DNA of 64,000 nt from an uncultured cyanobacterium (GCA_963749915.1 CAVVOP010000008.1:160001-224000); one strand, 5' to 3'; shown: positions 54,893 through 64,000, numbered from the stretch's first letter. Program-made: numbers and translations. The notes: generated by a model from the letters alone, not told the origin.

Positions 54893-57800
54893 CTATTTTC
54901 CCCTTAAATCTTGACATTTTGGATGTTTAAACAATGAAGCCTCCTGGGGCAATGCAGCAACTAACTCTACCTCTCCATCTTGGTTAACGACCCAGCCGTT
55001 GACTTGCACAATTGATGTTGGAACTTGCTGACGGGACTGCTTTTTCACGGGAGGTAAATTTTTCCTGGTGTCTAATTCAGTAAAGTCCCGTAAATCAGGT
55101 AAAATTGTTTGTCCCCGAATTGTAGTTGTGGGGTCTTCTGGTAAGCCACCCCTACCAGTGACAGTAAAAGAGTTTCCTTCCGCCGCTGCACAGCCGGCAA
55201 TCACGCGATCGCTGGGATCAGTGGTTTGATCGGGCAAGTCAACTAATCCGGAGGTGGGATCGACATCGGGGTTATTAATCGCAACAATTCCCGCCAAGCC
55301 AAATTCAGAAGAAGCGGTGATATCACTGCGTGGTGTTTGCTTTGCCCGAAATTCGATGCCAAAGAGCTCATTTGTGGTGATGTCGATATTGCCCCCATTG
55401 CCCTCAAAAGCATTCGCTGTAATATCGCTATTTTCAAAAGGAGGAGCGATAATAAAAGGAGAGGTAATAGTTATATTTCCCCCATCGCCTCCAGCACCTG
55501 CTGTACCAGCATCCGTAGCAATTGCACTCTCATGACGTAATAAAATTGCATCATTCATTGTTAGATCAATATCACCTCCATCGGTGCTAGCTGTGGTTGC
55601 CGAAATCCGTCCTTGATTGTCAAGGCTTAATTTATTTCCTCTCATCGTAATACTACCGCCAACTCCTGTACCCTGACTATCCACAGAAATGACGGCACCA
55701 TCTTTAATTTCAATCAATGGAGAGTCAACAAAAACATTACCTGCATTTCCTGTCGAAGTTGCTGTTGTATTAGAAAAAAGCCCTGTATCGGAACCAGAAA
55801 GCAAAACTGTATTTGTCCCCAAAATCTCAATATTTCCAGCATTACCGCTATCTTCTGTTAAAGCTTCTAATTGAGCTCCATTAGTCACGGATAGATCAGG
55901 TGTAGTGATTTTTAAAGTACCACCTTGTCCGATGGCACCTTCTAAAACGCCAACAAATGCACCACTAGGCTGAGGCTTTTCTAAGTTTTCATCGGCAAAT
56001 AAACCATCAAAAGATGCTGATTTTGCCACTCTAAGATTAATACTACCCGCATTTCCTCTGCCTTGTGTACTAGCACTGATTAGTGCACCATTAGTAACTG
56101 TTAATTGCTCTGTAGTAATATCTATGGTATTACCATCACCTGTGGCAGTGGGTCTGACTTCAGAAACAATCAGACTAGGAACTAGAACAGATTCAGGATT
56201 GGGATCGAGCAATATTCCACTATCAAGAGTAATATCTTTCGCATCAATAAAAATGCTGCCAGCATTACCATTGCCATTAGTACTAGCCCTTATTTGTCCA
56301 CCTTCAGAGAGGGTGATTGAACCTGTTTGAATTACGATCGCACCTCCATTTCCCCTAGCATCAGGAAAGACATCAGTAACGATCGCACTGGGTAAAAACC
56401 CGAAAGTACCAAGCAAATTAATTGAATTCTTGGCGTTGATATTGACTTTGCCACTATTGCCAATCCCAAGAACTTGGGAACTAATTTGACTACCATCAGT
56501 TAGGGTCAAATCTTTAGTTTGGATATTTATATCCCCAGTATTTCCGCCGATAGAACTTACTGCCACCGCAGCAATGAAGCTATTATTCTTGAGAGATATC
56601 TTCTCTGCGTTAATCAAAAGATTGCCAGTGTCACCCATACTCTCTCCAGCGGTGACAACAGCGATCTCGCCGCCGTTAATTTCTAAGTAATCAGCTTTAA
56701 CGTTAATATTACCTCCTTGTCCCTTCCCTAACAAAACTGCTGCGATTGAACCCCTAGATTCAGGAGGTTCAGTTAGACTGGTATCACCTACGAAAATTTG
56801 CGGTGCTGTTAATTTAATATCACCGCCCATACCTTCACCAAAGGTAACACTTTCTATGGAACTAGCCTGAATAGCAGATTTGCTTTTGAGGGTGATATTA
56901 CCGCCAATGCCGCCAAAACCCAAAGAGAAGACTTGGGCCTCCACGGGAAGGGAAATATCTCCATCAGCTAGAAGTTGGACATCTCCCCCATTACCACCCA
57001 TTCCAGAAACTTCAATAAGTTGATCGACATTAATTCCACCTCGTGAGTCAAGGAAAACTGAACCGCCATCTGCATCACTGGACGAATCAATTAAACCAAC
57101 TCGAATATTCCCAGAGAGTTCCGAATTTGGTCGATCTTGATTGCTGAGAAAAACTAAACCTCCTGGATTAATAATTTGATTAATCTTGATATCTGCACTA
57201 TTTTGTACCCCGTTAGTATCAGGAGTGGAGGAAAAACCTTGAATGTCCCCTTGAATGCCTCTGGGTTCAATATTAGTTGTTCCTGAGCGAATATCTAGGG
57301 TAGGCTGAACACTACCATCAATAGCAACAGTAGTTATCCCATCAGATAGAGTTACAGTTTCCTGAATCCCATCATTAGGATCTGCATCGGTAATTTCAAT
57401 AGTATCAGCAGTAACACTTCCTCCGGCAAAAATATGTAAAGAAGCACCTGTATAACTACTAAAACTAACATCTCCGCTAGCACGAATTACAGGATCATTG
57501 GGACTGGTGGCCTTACCTAGATTACCATTAAGATCTTCAATACGAAAATTGCCCCCACTATAAAAATAAGCATCAGTGATAACGGGATTATAAGAACGTA
57601 AAATTAAATCTCCTCCTGCCGATACAATACTTGCAGGATGATTTAATGCGAAAATATCTACTAGTTGATTGCCTTGAACTAATAACTGATTATCAGCAGA
57701 AGCAATAAAAGGAGACGTAACGCTATCTCTGATTTGGACAGTATCAGTGGCTTTGAGAGTTAAATTTCCCCCTGCATGCAATTGCCCTTCTAAATTGAGA

Positions 57801-58408
57801 TCTTTACCAACTAAAGTTAAATCTTGGCCAACATTAAGATTTCCTTGATTGGCGATCGCTGCCCTGGTATTTAACCAATCTCCTAGCCCTGGAGTGACAT
57901 TGACTGTTAGTAAAGGTACCGCTTGAGGATTGGTAGCACTAAACTCAACACCATTACCCAATAATAAGCTTTCACTAGTACTAGCAACAAAAGAACCTTT
58001 AACATCTAACTGGGCATTGGGACCAAAAATAAAACCATTAGGATTGAGCAAAAAAAGGTTGCCATTGCCTAAAACGCCTAAAGTTCCTAGAATTTCTGAG
58101 ATATTTAGCCCTGTTACCCTACCGATAATATTTTCGATGCCCGCAGGATTAGCAAAATGAACCTGTTGCCCATTATTAACATTAAATTCTTGAAAACTGT
58201 GAAAAACGTTGTTACCTCGAATAGCACCACCATCAATGCGATTAGTTTCACTGTTACCTAAAGGAACGTTAGGGGTAATCGTAGAGCTTTCAGTACCCAT
58301 TGAGTTATCAGGTATAATCTGTTGAGCAATACTAGGCATTCCGTAGCCCATTAAGCCAGTCAGAAAACTAATGGTCAGAAGCCTGATCCTGCAATTACTG
58401 CTAGTCAT
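54893..58408 (-). CDS. Filamentous-haemagglutinin-N (TPS) domain beta-helical exoprotein
   Basis: Signal peptide, NVFHSFQEF, LLNPNGFIFG; strong GGAGG SD; C-terminus near-identical to 49475 gene. Confidence 0.9.
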   Translation of the reverse strand: MTSSNCRIRLLTISFLTGLMGYGMPSIAQQIIPDNSMGTESSTITPNVPLGNSETNRIDGGAIRGNNVFHSFQEFNVNNGQQVHFANPAGIENIIGRVTGLNISEILGTLGVLGNGNLFLLNPNGFIFGPNAQLDVKGSFVASTSESLLLGNGVEFSATNPQAVPLLTVNVTPGLGDWLNTRAAIANQGNLNVGQDLTLVGKDLNLEGQLHAGGNLTLKATDTVQIRDSVTSPFIASADNQLLVQGNQLVDIFALNHPASIVSAGGDLILRSYNPVITDAYFYSGGNFRIEDLNGNLGKATSPNDPVIRASGDVSFSSYTGASLHIFAGGSVTADTIEITDADPNDGIQETVTLSDGITTVAIDGSVQPTLDIRSGTTNIEPRGIQGDIQGFSSTPDTNGVQNSADIKINQIINPGGLVFLSNQDRPNSELSGNIRVGLIDSSSDADGGSVFLDSRGGINVDQLIEVSGMGGNGGDVQLLADGDISLPVEAQVFSLGFGGIGGNITLKSKSAIQASSIESVTFGEGMGGDIKLTAPQIFVGDTSLTEPPESRGSIAAVLLGKGQGGNINVKADYLEINGGEIAVVTAGESMGDTGNLLINAEKISLKNNSFIAAVAVSSIGGNTGDINIQTKDLTLTDGSQISSQVLGIGNSGKVNINAKNSINLLGTFGFLPSAIVTDVFPDARGNGGAIVIQTGSITLSEGGQIRASTNGNGNAGSIFIDAKDITLDSGILLDPNPESVLVPSLIVSEVRPTATGDGNTIDITTEQLTVTNGALISASTQGRGNAGSINLRVAKSASFDGLFADENLEKPQPSGAFVGVLEGAIGQGGTLKITTPDLSVTNGAQLEALTEDSGNAGNIEILGTNTVLLSGSDTGLFSNTTATSTGNAGNVFVDSPLIEIKDGAVISVDSQGTGVGGSITMRGNKLSLDNQGRISATTASTDGGDIDLTMNDAILLRHESAIATDAGTAGAGGDGGNITITSPFIIAPPFENSDITANAFEGNGGNIDITTNELFGIEFRAKQTPRSDITASSEFGLAGIVAINNPDVDPTSGLVDLPDQTTDPSDRVIAGCAAAEGNSFTVTGRGGLPEDPTTTIRGQTILPDLRDFTELDTRKNLPPVKKQSRQQVPTSIVQVNGWVVNQDGEVELVAALPQEASLFKHPKCQDLRGK

Positions 58409-58619
58409 TAATTACCTCCCCTCTTGGTGAGTCAAGCAAACATTTGGGTACAAAAAACTCAGATTGGGAAGATCCTAACACGGCTTGGCAAAATTGAGAT
58501 TTAGATTGAGAATAAAATGATTTTAACTAGGCATAATTACCTCCAAAATGTCCTGACAAGATTGACCTTAGGCAAATAGACCCTGAGCTAAAGACAATAA
58601 TTGTCCCAATACTTCACGG

Positions 58620-58835
58620 TTCAAGGAGTATCGCTTAAATCCCCAGTTTCATGGGCAATCACTAATCGTTTTTTTCCCTACTTTTTCAGACGTACCACTT
58701 TAGTAAAAGCCCGATAATGATTTGATTTCTCCATTACGACCTTTAACCTGACAATGACGAAAGCTAGATCGACTATTATTTTTCAACTCTTCTGCGATGA
58801 CATCAACTCTAGTCCAGATTCCTTTCCAATTGTCT
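58620..58835 (-). pseudogene. IS701-family transposase remnant
   Basis: Manual translation WKGIWTRVDVIAEELK..SFRHCQVKGRNGEIKS / frameshift / AFTKVVRLKK*GKKRLVIAHETGDLSDTP*, resembling cyanobacterial IS701-type transposases from memory. Confidence 0.65.
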
Positions 58836-58872
58836 TGTTTGAGTTAGAATTAATTTAACCGACAAAAAACTC

Positions 58873-59028
58873 TATAGCAATCAGGAATCATTCGTGAGAA
58901 TCAAATAATTGTTTTAAAAGGATTCAGAATCCAGAATCCAGTATTCAGTAGAATAATTCTGACTCCCGACTCCTGACTCCTGACTCCTAGTCTCACCAAA
59001 ATCTCACAAATCAAAACTGATTGCTATA
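58873..59028. mobile_element. MITE-like element with terminal inverted repeats and internal heptamer repeats
   Basis: tatagcaatcag (58873) / ctgattgctata (59017-59028); inner cagaatc and gactcct tandem heptamers. Confidence 0.6.
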
Positions 59029-59050
59029 TATGTAGCAAATAATATTAAAT

Positions 59051-59425
59051 ATGACTGAAATCACCCTTAATTTACCAGAAGAATTGGTTTTGCGGGTTCA
59101 GGCCTTGGAAGAGCAACTCCCAGAGATTTTAGAGTTAGGGATGCGAGAATTTCAGGCTAGTTCCCAAATAGGTTTTAAAGGTGCAGGGGAGGTTTTAGAG
59201 TTTTTGGCTTCTTTACCTTCTCCTGAAGAAATTATCACTTTACGTCCAAATCAGACTTTACAAAATCAAATTGATAATTTATTGGAGAAGAATCACTCTG
59301 GAAGTTTAACGCCCTCTGAAGAACAACTTTGGCAACAATATCAATATTTAGAACATCTAGTTCGTATGGCTAAGGCTAAGGCTTATCTGAAACTCAAACA
59401 AAAGCAATCATCACCCCATGAGTAA
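59051..59425 (+). CDS. Hypothetical protein, putative antitoxin-like partner of the HNH nuclease
   Basis: TEITLNLPEEL..LLEKN..LTPSEE..LEHLVRMAKAKA; stop overlaps HNH start. Confidence 0.7.
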   Translation: MTEITLNLPEELVLRVQALEEQLPEILELGMREFQASSQIGFKGAGEVLEFLASLPSPEEIITLRPNQTLQNQIDNLLEKNHSGSLTPSEEQLWQQYQYLEHLVRMAKAKAYLKLKQKQSSPHE

Positions 59426-59846
59426 GAGTTATATTTCAGCAAAGCTACGAAAAGTCGTTTATAAAAGAGCCAAAGATTGTTGTGAATATTGTCTAATCCC
59501 TGAAATTGCTACTTTTGCTTCTCATCAGATCGATCATATTATTGCTCAAAAGCATGGCGGTTTAACAGAGTTGGATAATTTGGCTTTATCTTGTAGCTTA
59601 TGTAACAAGTATAAGGGAAGCGATTTAACTTCTATCGATCCGAATACGGGTAAGATTACAACTTTATTTCATCCTCGTCAAGATCTATGGCTTGAGCATT
59701 TTCAACTTAAAGATGCTTTAATTACCGCTAAAACGGCAAAAGGTAGAGTTACTGAAAGACTGTTACAGTTTAATATTAGTGATCGTGTTGAAGAACGTAA
59801 ACTTTTAATGGATGCGGGTATATACAAGCTTCCTTCTTTGTCTTAG
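59418..59846 (+). CDS. HNH endonuclease
   Basis: CEYC, IDHII, NLALSCSLCN, LFHPR. Confidence 0.9.
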   Translation: MSKSYISAKLRKVVYKRAKDCCEYCLIPEIATFASHQIDHIIAQKHGGLTELDNLALSCSLCNKYKGSDLTSIDPNTGKITTLFHPRQDLWLEHFQLKDALITAKTAKGRVTERLLQFNISDRVEERKLLMDAGIYKLPSLS

Positions 59847-60066
59847 AGGATATTTAAAAAGTCAGATATTTTAGCTTCTGCGGCAAGAAGCCCCACACCG
59901 TAAGGAATGAGGATTTAATTATTTAGTAAACTTATGAAGATTTTGGTGTGGCTACATAATTCCATTGGGGGAGATCTTGATCAAAAATGATACTCATATT
60001 TTCTTTGAAGTCTTGAGCCACTTTTTTTCCTGTTTCATAATATTCACTTATTCCTTTCCTTTTTAT

Positions 60067-60320
60067 CCCACATTCCGCACGTCAATTTGCACTATGCCAT
60101 GTAATACCTTAACGCCTTGTTTACAAAATATTCCCCAAGTAATAAAACAACGAAATTGAGATTAAACAAATATAAATACTGTAAAAATCTGTATATGGCG
60201 ATGCCAAAGGCACAGCGAAGCTGCCCGCAAAAAACAATAAATATATGTATTACCTATAGTAAAGTTGCGTAAAAGTCATTAAAATATGATTGTTTTCTAA
60301 AAGAACATGCGGAATGTGGG
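60067..60320. mobile_element. Non-autonomous MITE-like element, IS1634-like terminal repeats
   Basis: cccacattccgcacgt (60067) / acatgcggaatgtggg (ends 60320), 15/16 inverted match; no transposase inside. Confidence 0.6.
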
Positions 60321-60474
60321 TTTAAACTATCCATGTCGCAAACTCTTAAAATCTCTGAAGCGAATAATTTGAGGACAGTAGCAAAAGACCAGGAGATGGT
60401 CAAAGGTTAAAAATTATTTGTTATTCTGAACTTATCAATTAAACTTATCAATTATTTAAATAACCAAATTTAAC

Positions 60475-60792
60475 GTGGAAAATACTCTGGAACTAAATCG
60501 ATTAGAAAAGCTAGCATACCGTTTTAAAATTTTGAGCGAACCAAGTCGGCTAGGAATTATACAAGCAATTTGCGAATATGAACGTAGTGTTAACGAAATA
60601 TGTGAGCGCACTCAATTAAATCAAGCCAATGTTTCCAAACACTTACAATTTCTCAAAATGGCTGGAGTGGTTGCTTGTCGGCGAGTCGGTAACTGTCGGT
60701 ATTACCGCATCGTAGATTCAGATTTACTTAAATTATGTAGAGAAGCTAATCGACAGTTAGGTCAGGAGCTTTCCATTTATTCAGCTTCATAA
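60475..60792 (+). CDS. ArsR/SmtB family transcriptional regulator
   Basis: FKILSEPSRL..SVNEI..QANVSKHL..L..AGVV..RRVG..YY. Confidence 0.9.
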   Translation: MENTLELNRLEKLAYRFKILSEPSRLGIIQAICEYERSVNEICERTQLNQANVSKHLQFLKMAGVVACRRVGNCRYYRIVDSDLLKLCREANRQLGQELSIYSAS

Positions 60793-60867
60793 CTTACTCA
60801 AATTACCAGTCTATTTTTTGAGTGAAAAATTGCGGTTATTTTTCAAAACTAAAAAAAGCCAAATACA

Positions 60868-61482
60868 TTGACTATGAAATATTTACACCGACTTTTAATG
60901 GGATTCATGATCAGTTTTCTGCTATTTATAGTGAATCCGTCTCTAGCAATCGCTCAAACTGACCCGGCTCAATTAGCTAAGGCAGTACAAGAAATTGAAA
61001 ACCTTGACGCTATGCGTTCTGGATTAGCTTCTACTTTAGAAGGTTCAACCACAGAACCGACAGTAGAAACTTTTAAAGAAGTCTGTAAACCTATAGGTAT
61101 GAAAGCGAAACAGCTAAGTAAGGAAAATGGCTGGCAAGTTAAACAGATTGCAACCAAATATCGTAATCCCGCCCATGCACCGGATAATTTACATTCGCTT
61201 ATGGCACTAGCTAAGTTTGAAAAAGATCCAGAATTAATGGGATTTTGGGATTCAGAAACCGTTGATGGACAAGCAGGTACTCGTTACTATCGTCGTATCA
61301 ACGTCGAACCTAGCTGTCTGGCTTGCCATGGCAGACAAAATGCTCGTCCTCAATTTGTCAAAGATAAATATCCTCAAGATCTGGCTTTTGATTTTAATGT
61401 CGGTGACTTACGGGGGATGTATACAGTATTTATTCCCCAACTTCAAGGGGCATTGTCAGAAACAAATAGCAGTCAGAATTAA
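60868..61482 (+). CDS. Exported c-type heme protein, DUF3365/Tll0287-like
   Basis: Signal peptide, YRNPAHAP, CLACHG, GDLRG. Confidence 0.8.
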   Translation: MTMKYLHRLLMGFMISFLLFIVNPSLAIAQTDPAQLAKAVQEIENLDAMRSGLASTLEGSTTEPTVETFKEVCKPIGMKAKQLSKENGWQVKQIATKYRNPAHAPDNLHSLMALAKFEKDPELMGFWDSETVDGQAGTRYYRRINVEPSCLACHGRQNARPQFVKDKYPQDLAFDFNVGDLRGMYTVFIPQLQGALSETNSSQN

Positions 61483-61513
61483 TAAATAATTTATTAGCAA
61501 AGGAAATGATTCT

Positions 61514-62026
61514 ATGTGGTATCGAATTTGCCAATTTTTATCTAAGTTTATTGTAGCCAGTACCATTGTTCTACTCGTATTCATCGGTTTTAATCACTTT
61601 ACCTCCCAACCAGTTTTGGCTTCGCTCCGTCAGATGGAAGAAGCACCAGGACAAATATTAATTCAATCTCGGCATACTCTCCAAGATAACAAAGGTAACT
61701 CTTGGCAAGTAGTGCTGTTCAAACGATCTCAAGCAGATGGTTCGAGTATTATCCATCTGCGGTTGGTAGATTTTCCCGGATTAGCAGATTTTGCTCACCC
61801 TCAAGCACTAAAAATTACTACCGATGCTGAAGATTTATTTAAGGCGAAAGATATCTTTGCCGAAAAATCCCCTGCTGCTAATGTGGGTGAGTTTGATCTG
61901 CAAAATGTCTTGCCTCAGTTACCCGTAACTAAACTAAATCTATCTTTAGCAATGAAAGACAGTACCACTACTAACCTGTCAATTCCGCCAGAAGTTGTCT
62001 TGGAATGGCAAAGTGTTGCTGACTAA
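61514..62026 (+). CDS. DUF3122-like exported protein
   Basis: QSRHTLQD..SWQVVLFK..LRLVDFPG..NVGEFDL. Confidence 0.7.
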   Translation: MWYRICQFLSKFIVASTIVLLVFIGFNHFTSQPVLASLRQMEEAPGQILIQSRHTLQDNKGNSWQVVLFKRSQADGSSIIHLRLVDFPGLADFAHPQALKITTDAEDLFKAKDIFAEKSPAANVGEFDLQNVLPQLPVTKLNLSLAMKDSTTTNLSIPPEVVLEWQSVAD

Positions 62027-62061
62027 AAGTAGCAATTTTTTTTGTAATTAGGAGAAATCAA

Positions 62062-62691
62062 ATGACGGTCAAAAAAAATCCTTATTTAGAACTTATAGAA
62101 ATTCCCCCCGGATATGTTAACGTCATGGGTTATGTTGACGAATCTGAAGTAAATGGTCCTGGATGTCGTGCCGTAATCTGGGTTCAGGGATGTTTGCGAG
62201 AATGTCCTAGTTGTTTTAATCCCGAATCTTGGTCATTTGAAATTAAGGAATTAATGCCAATAGATAAATTGGTTGAGGAAATTACCAGTAATCCTCGCCA
62301 TGAAGGCGTTACCTTTTCGGGAGGAGAACCTTTCTGGCAAGCCCCTGCCTTAGCCGAACTCGCTCGTAAAGTCAAAGCGAAGGGACTTAATGTGATGTCG
62401 TTCACTGGATTTACTTTAGAGAAACTGCAATCTGAATACGCTCCTGCTGGTGCCCAGGATTTATTGGCTCAACTGGATATTTTAATTGATGGTGCCTATA
62501 TTGAATCCCTAGCTATTAATTCTCCTGATTCTCCTGTTTCCTCGCGCAATCAACGAGTTCATGTTTTTAATCCCCAATTAAAAGACCGAATCACTTGGGC
62601 CAGTGATCAAACCGAGGTTCATATTTTTAAAGATGGCAGTCGCATTATTACTGGATTTTGGGGTCAATTGAATAGTCTAAATAACGATTGA
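62062..62691 (+). CDS. Radical SAM protein, NrdG/organic-radical-activating-enzyme-like
   Basis: VNGPG.R..WVQGC, CLRECPSC (CxxxCxxC), GVTFSGGEPF, LIDG. Confidence 0.85.
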   Translation: MTVKKNPYLELIEIPPGYVNVMGYVDESEVNGPGCRAVIWVQGCLRECPSCFNPESWSFEIKELMPIDKLVEEITSNPRHEGVTFSGGEPFWQAPALAELARKVKAKGLNVMSFTGFTLEKLQSEYAPAGAQDLLAQLDILIDGAYIESLAINSPDSPVSSRNQRVHVFNPQLKDRITWASDQTEVHIFKDGSRIITGFWGQLNSLNND

Positions 62692-62767
62692 TACTTATTG
62701 GATAGTTAATCCGACATTCAGCAGGTTTCTCAGCAGAGAAAATAATATTTTTGCGATCGCCGATGTT

Positions 62768-62852
62768 GTAGGATGGGTTGACGAAAGAAAACCCAACGCA
62801 ATAGATAAAACACCCGATTAGCAAGGGTTACGCCGTCGCTAATCCGTCCTAC
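62768..62852. repeat. REP-like GTAG...CTAC palindromic element
   Basis: gtaggatgggttg...aacccaac ... gggttacg...aatccgtcctac. Confidence 0.5.
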
Positions 62853-62995
62853 AAATAATTACTATATTAAAGTTTTAAAGAAAGTTTTAATGGTCCATTT
62901 TTGTCAGCCACCTTTCACTTTTAAAGATCAAAACCTTCTTTTTAAAAAGAGTTTCCCATCGGTTGGGTTAAAGTATAGGCATTGAAATCTTTCAT

Positions 62996-63106
62996 TTACT
63001 GAGATAAGAAACCCGTTAAAAGTAAAGGAATTAATATTAATAAGACAACGATCAAAAAAGTAGTTTCGGGACTTAAAGGAATTTGATTTTTTTCAGGTCT
63101 ACTCAT
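62996..63106 (-). CDS. Candidate 36-aa single-pass membrane microprotein
   Basis: Manual translation MSRPEKNQIPLSPETTFLIVVLLILIPLLLTGFLSQ*. Confidence 0.45.
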   Translation of the reverse strand: MSRPEKNQIPLSPETTFLIVVLLILIPLLLTGFLSQ

Positions 63107-63500
63107 ATTTTAAAAACCCCATAACTAAGTTACGACCCTAATTGTATCATTTATTATGACTTTAGCGATCGCCTGGAAATGATTTGTAACAAAAGATAAA
63201 ATATAATCCGGCTCGATCGTTGATCTGAAACCATTAATTTATCCTTAAAAACCGATGGCTGAAAAGACGAAATCTCTTTCAAATGCGACCGTTGGCAATC
63301 TTATTACCAATGGGATAGAGATGGTAGAACATGGCCTATGCAATGCAGAGCTTGAAAGATATACTCAAAGGAGAGGTTATTGTTTTTGACTAAAATTTGA
63401 TGACCTCAATAGTTAGTTACCAATATAAAATTAGTTCTTTTCGTCTTTACCAGAGATTTCTGTAGCTATTCAATCCTCAACTGTGTTAAATTGTTCCCCC

Positions 63501-64000
63501 TTGAAATATAAATTATTAACTATTTTTATCTGTTTATGTTTAGTAGTTACCGGTTGTCAAAATCAGTCTACTATCAGAGGCTTTCAAGCAAAATTAAGAA
63601 GAGTTGTTAGCGCCCAAACTATTGAAGTGATTATCGCAAATAAATCTTATCAAGTCAGATTAATGGGGTTGGATACCCCCAGCCGTAAACAACAACCTTG
63701 GGGAGATGAAGCTAAAAAATTTTTGGTTAACTTTCTTACGGTCAATAACTCTATACCTCTTAATTCTACTACCGTAATCTTAGAAACTGACTTACAAGTT
63801 AAAGATAAATTCAACAGAATTAGTGGCTATGGGTGGTTTAATCATCAATTGATTAATGAAAAAATATTAGCGGAAGGATATGGGGTGGTTAATTTGACTT
63901 ATACTGACGGGAAATACGATCAACAATTGTTACAGGCACAAAGTTACGCCCGTATCATGGGTAAAGGAATTTGGAATCCTGATCAACCTCTTAGAAATAT
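63501..64000 (+). CDS. Thermonuclease (SNase) family lipoprotein, partial
   Basis: TTG start, lipobox VTGC, VRLMGLDTP..QQPWG, INEKILAEG, AQSYARIMGKGIW; runs off window end. Confidence 0.85.
   Translation, partial: MKYKLLTIFICLCLVVTGCQNQSTIRGFQAKLRRVVSAQTIEVIIANKSYQVRLMGLDTPSRKQQPWGDEAKKFLVNFLTVNNSIPLNSTTVILETDLQVKDKFNRISGYGWFNHQLINEKILAEGYGVVNLTYTDGKYDQQLLQAQSYARIMGKGIWNPDQPLRN

Noticed and set aside
49422..55510. Diversity-generating retroelement (TR/VR pair) explanation for near-identical C-termini
   Set aside because: No reverse transcriptase in the window; both copies are coding and the differences do not look adenine-specific
18111..58408. Recent transfer of the island from a non-cyanobacterial donor
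   Set aside because: HIP1 octamers occur throughout (e.g. ~28366, 35572, 41978, 47707) and no integrase or att site was seen
59965..60159. 64-aa ORF
   Set aside because: TTG start, runs into the MITE-like element, no recognisable motif

Overview
AT-rich cyanobacterial chromosome segment (many HIP1 GCGATCGC octamers, flavodiiron protein, heptamer intergenic repeats; style consistent with Geminocystis/Cyanobacterium, by inference). 1-18 kb is mostly housekeeping (ychF, flv, rpoZ, scpA, pdxA, glycosyltransferases). It also holds an unusual CHAT protease-Macro-Gp157-like fusion and a gene-free ~650 bp block with an HLR1-type site and a long hairpin (candidate ncRNA). ~18-58.5 kb is an accessory island built around a rearranged, expanded homologue of the Synechocystis icfG cluster (DJ-1/PfpI, AGE epimerase-like, STAS, glgX, STAS, RsbW-like kinase, CMD). 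Here it is wired to two hybrid histidine kinases, a receiver protein and a HisKA-REC-PP2C phosphatase. The island also carries a GH13-CBM20 amylase, a porin, EthD/VOC/SRPBCC/SnoaL multidomain enzymes, a cupin and a multicopper oxidase sharing a C-terminal cassette, a MinD-like ATPase, two FHA-like exoproteins and a carotenoid-oxygenase-family enzyme. The right edge has IS debris (IS701 remnant, MITE-like elements), an HNH gene pair, an ArsR/heme-protein/radical-SAM group and a partial thermonuclease. No CRISPR array, tRNA or rRNA was seen. Family calls come from motif recognition by eye, not database searches.
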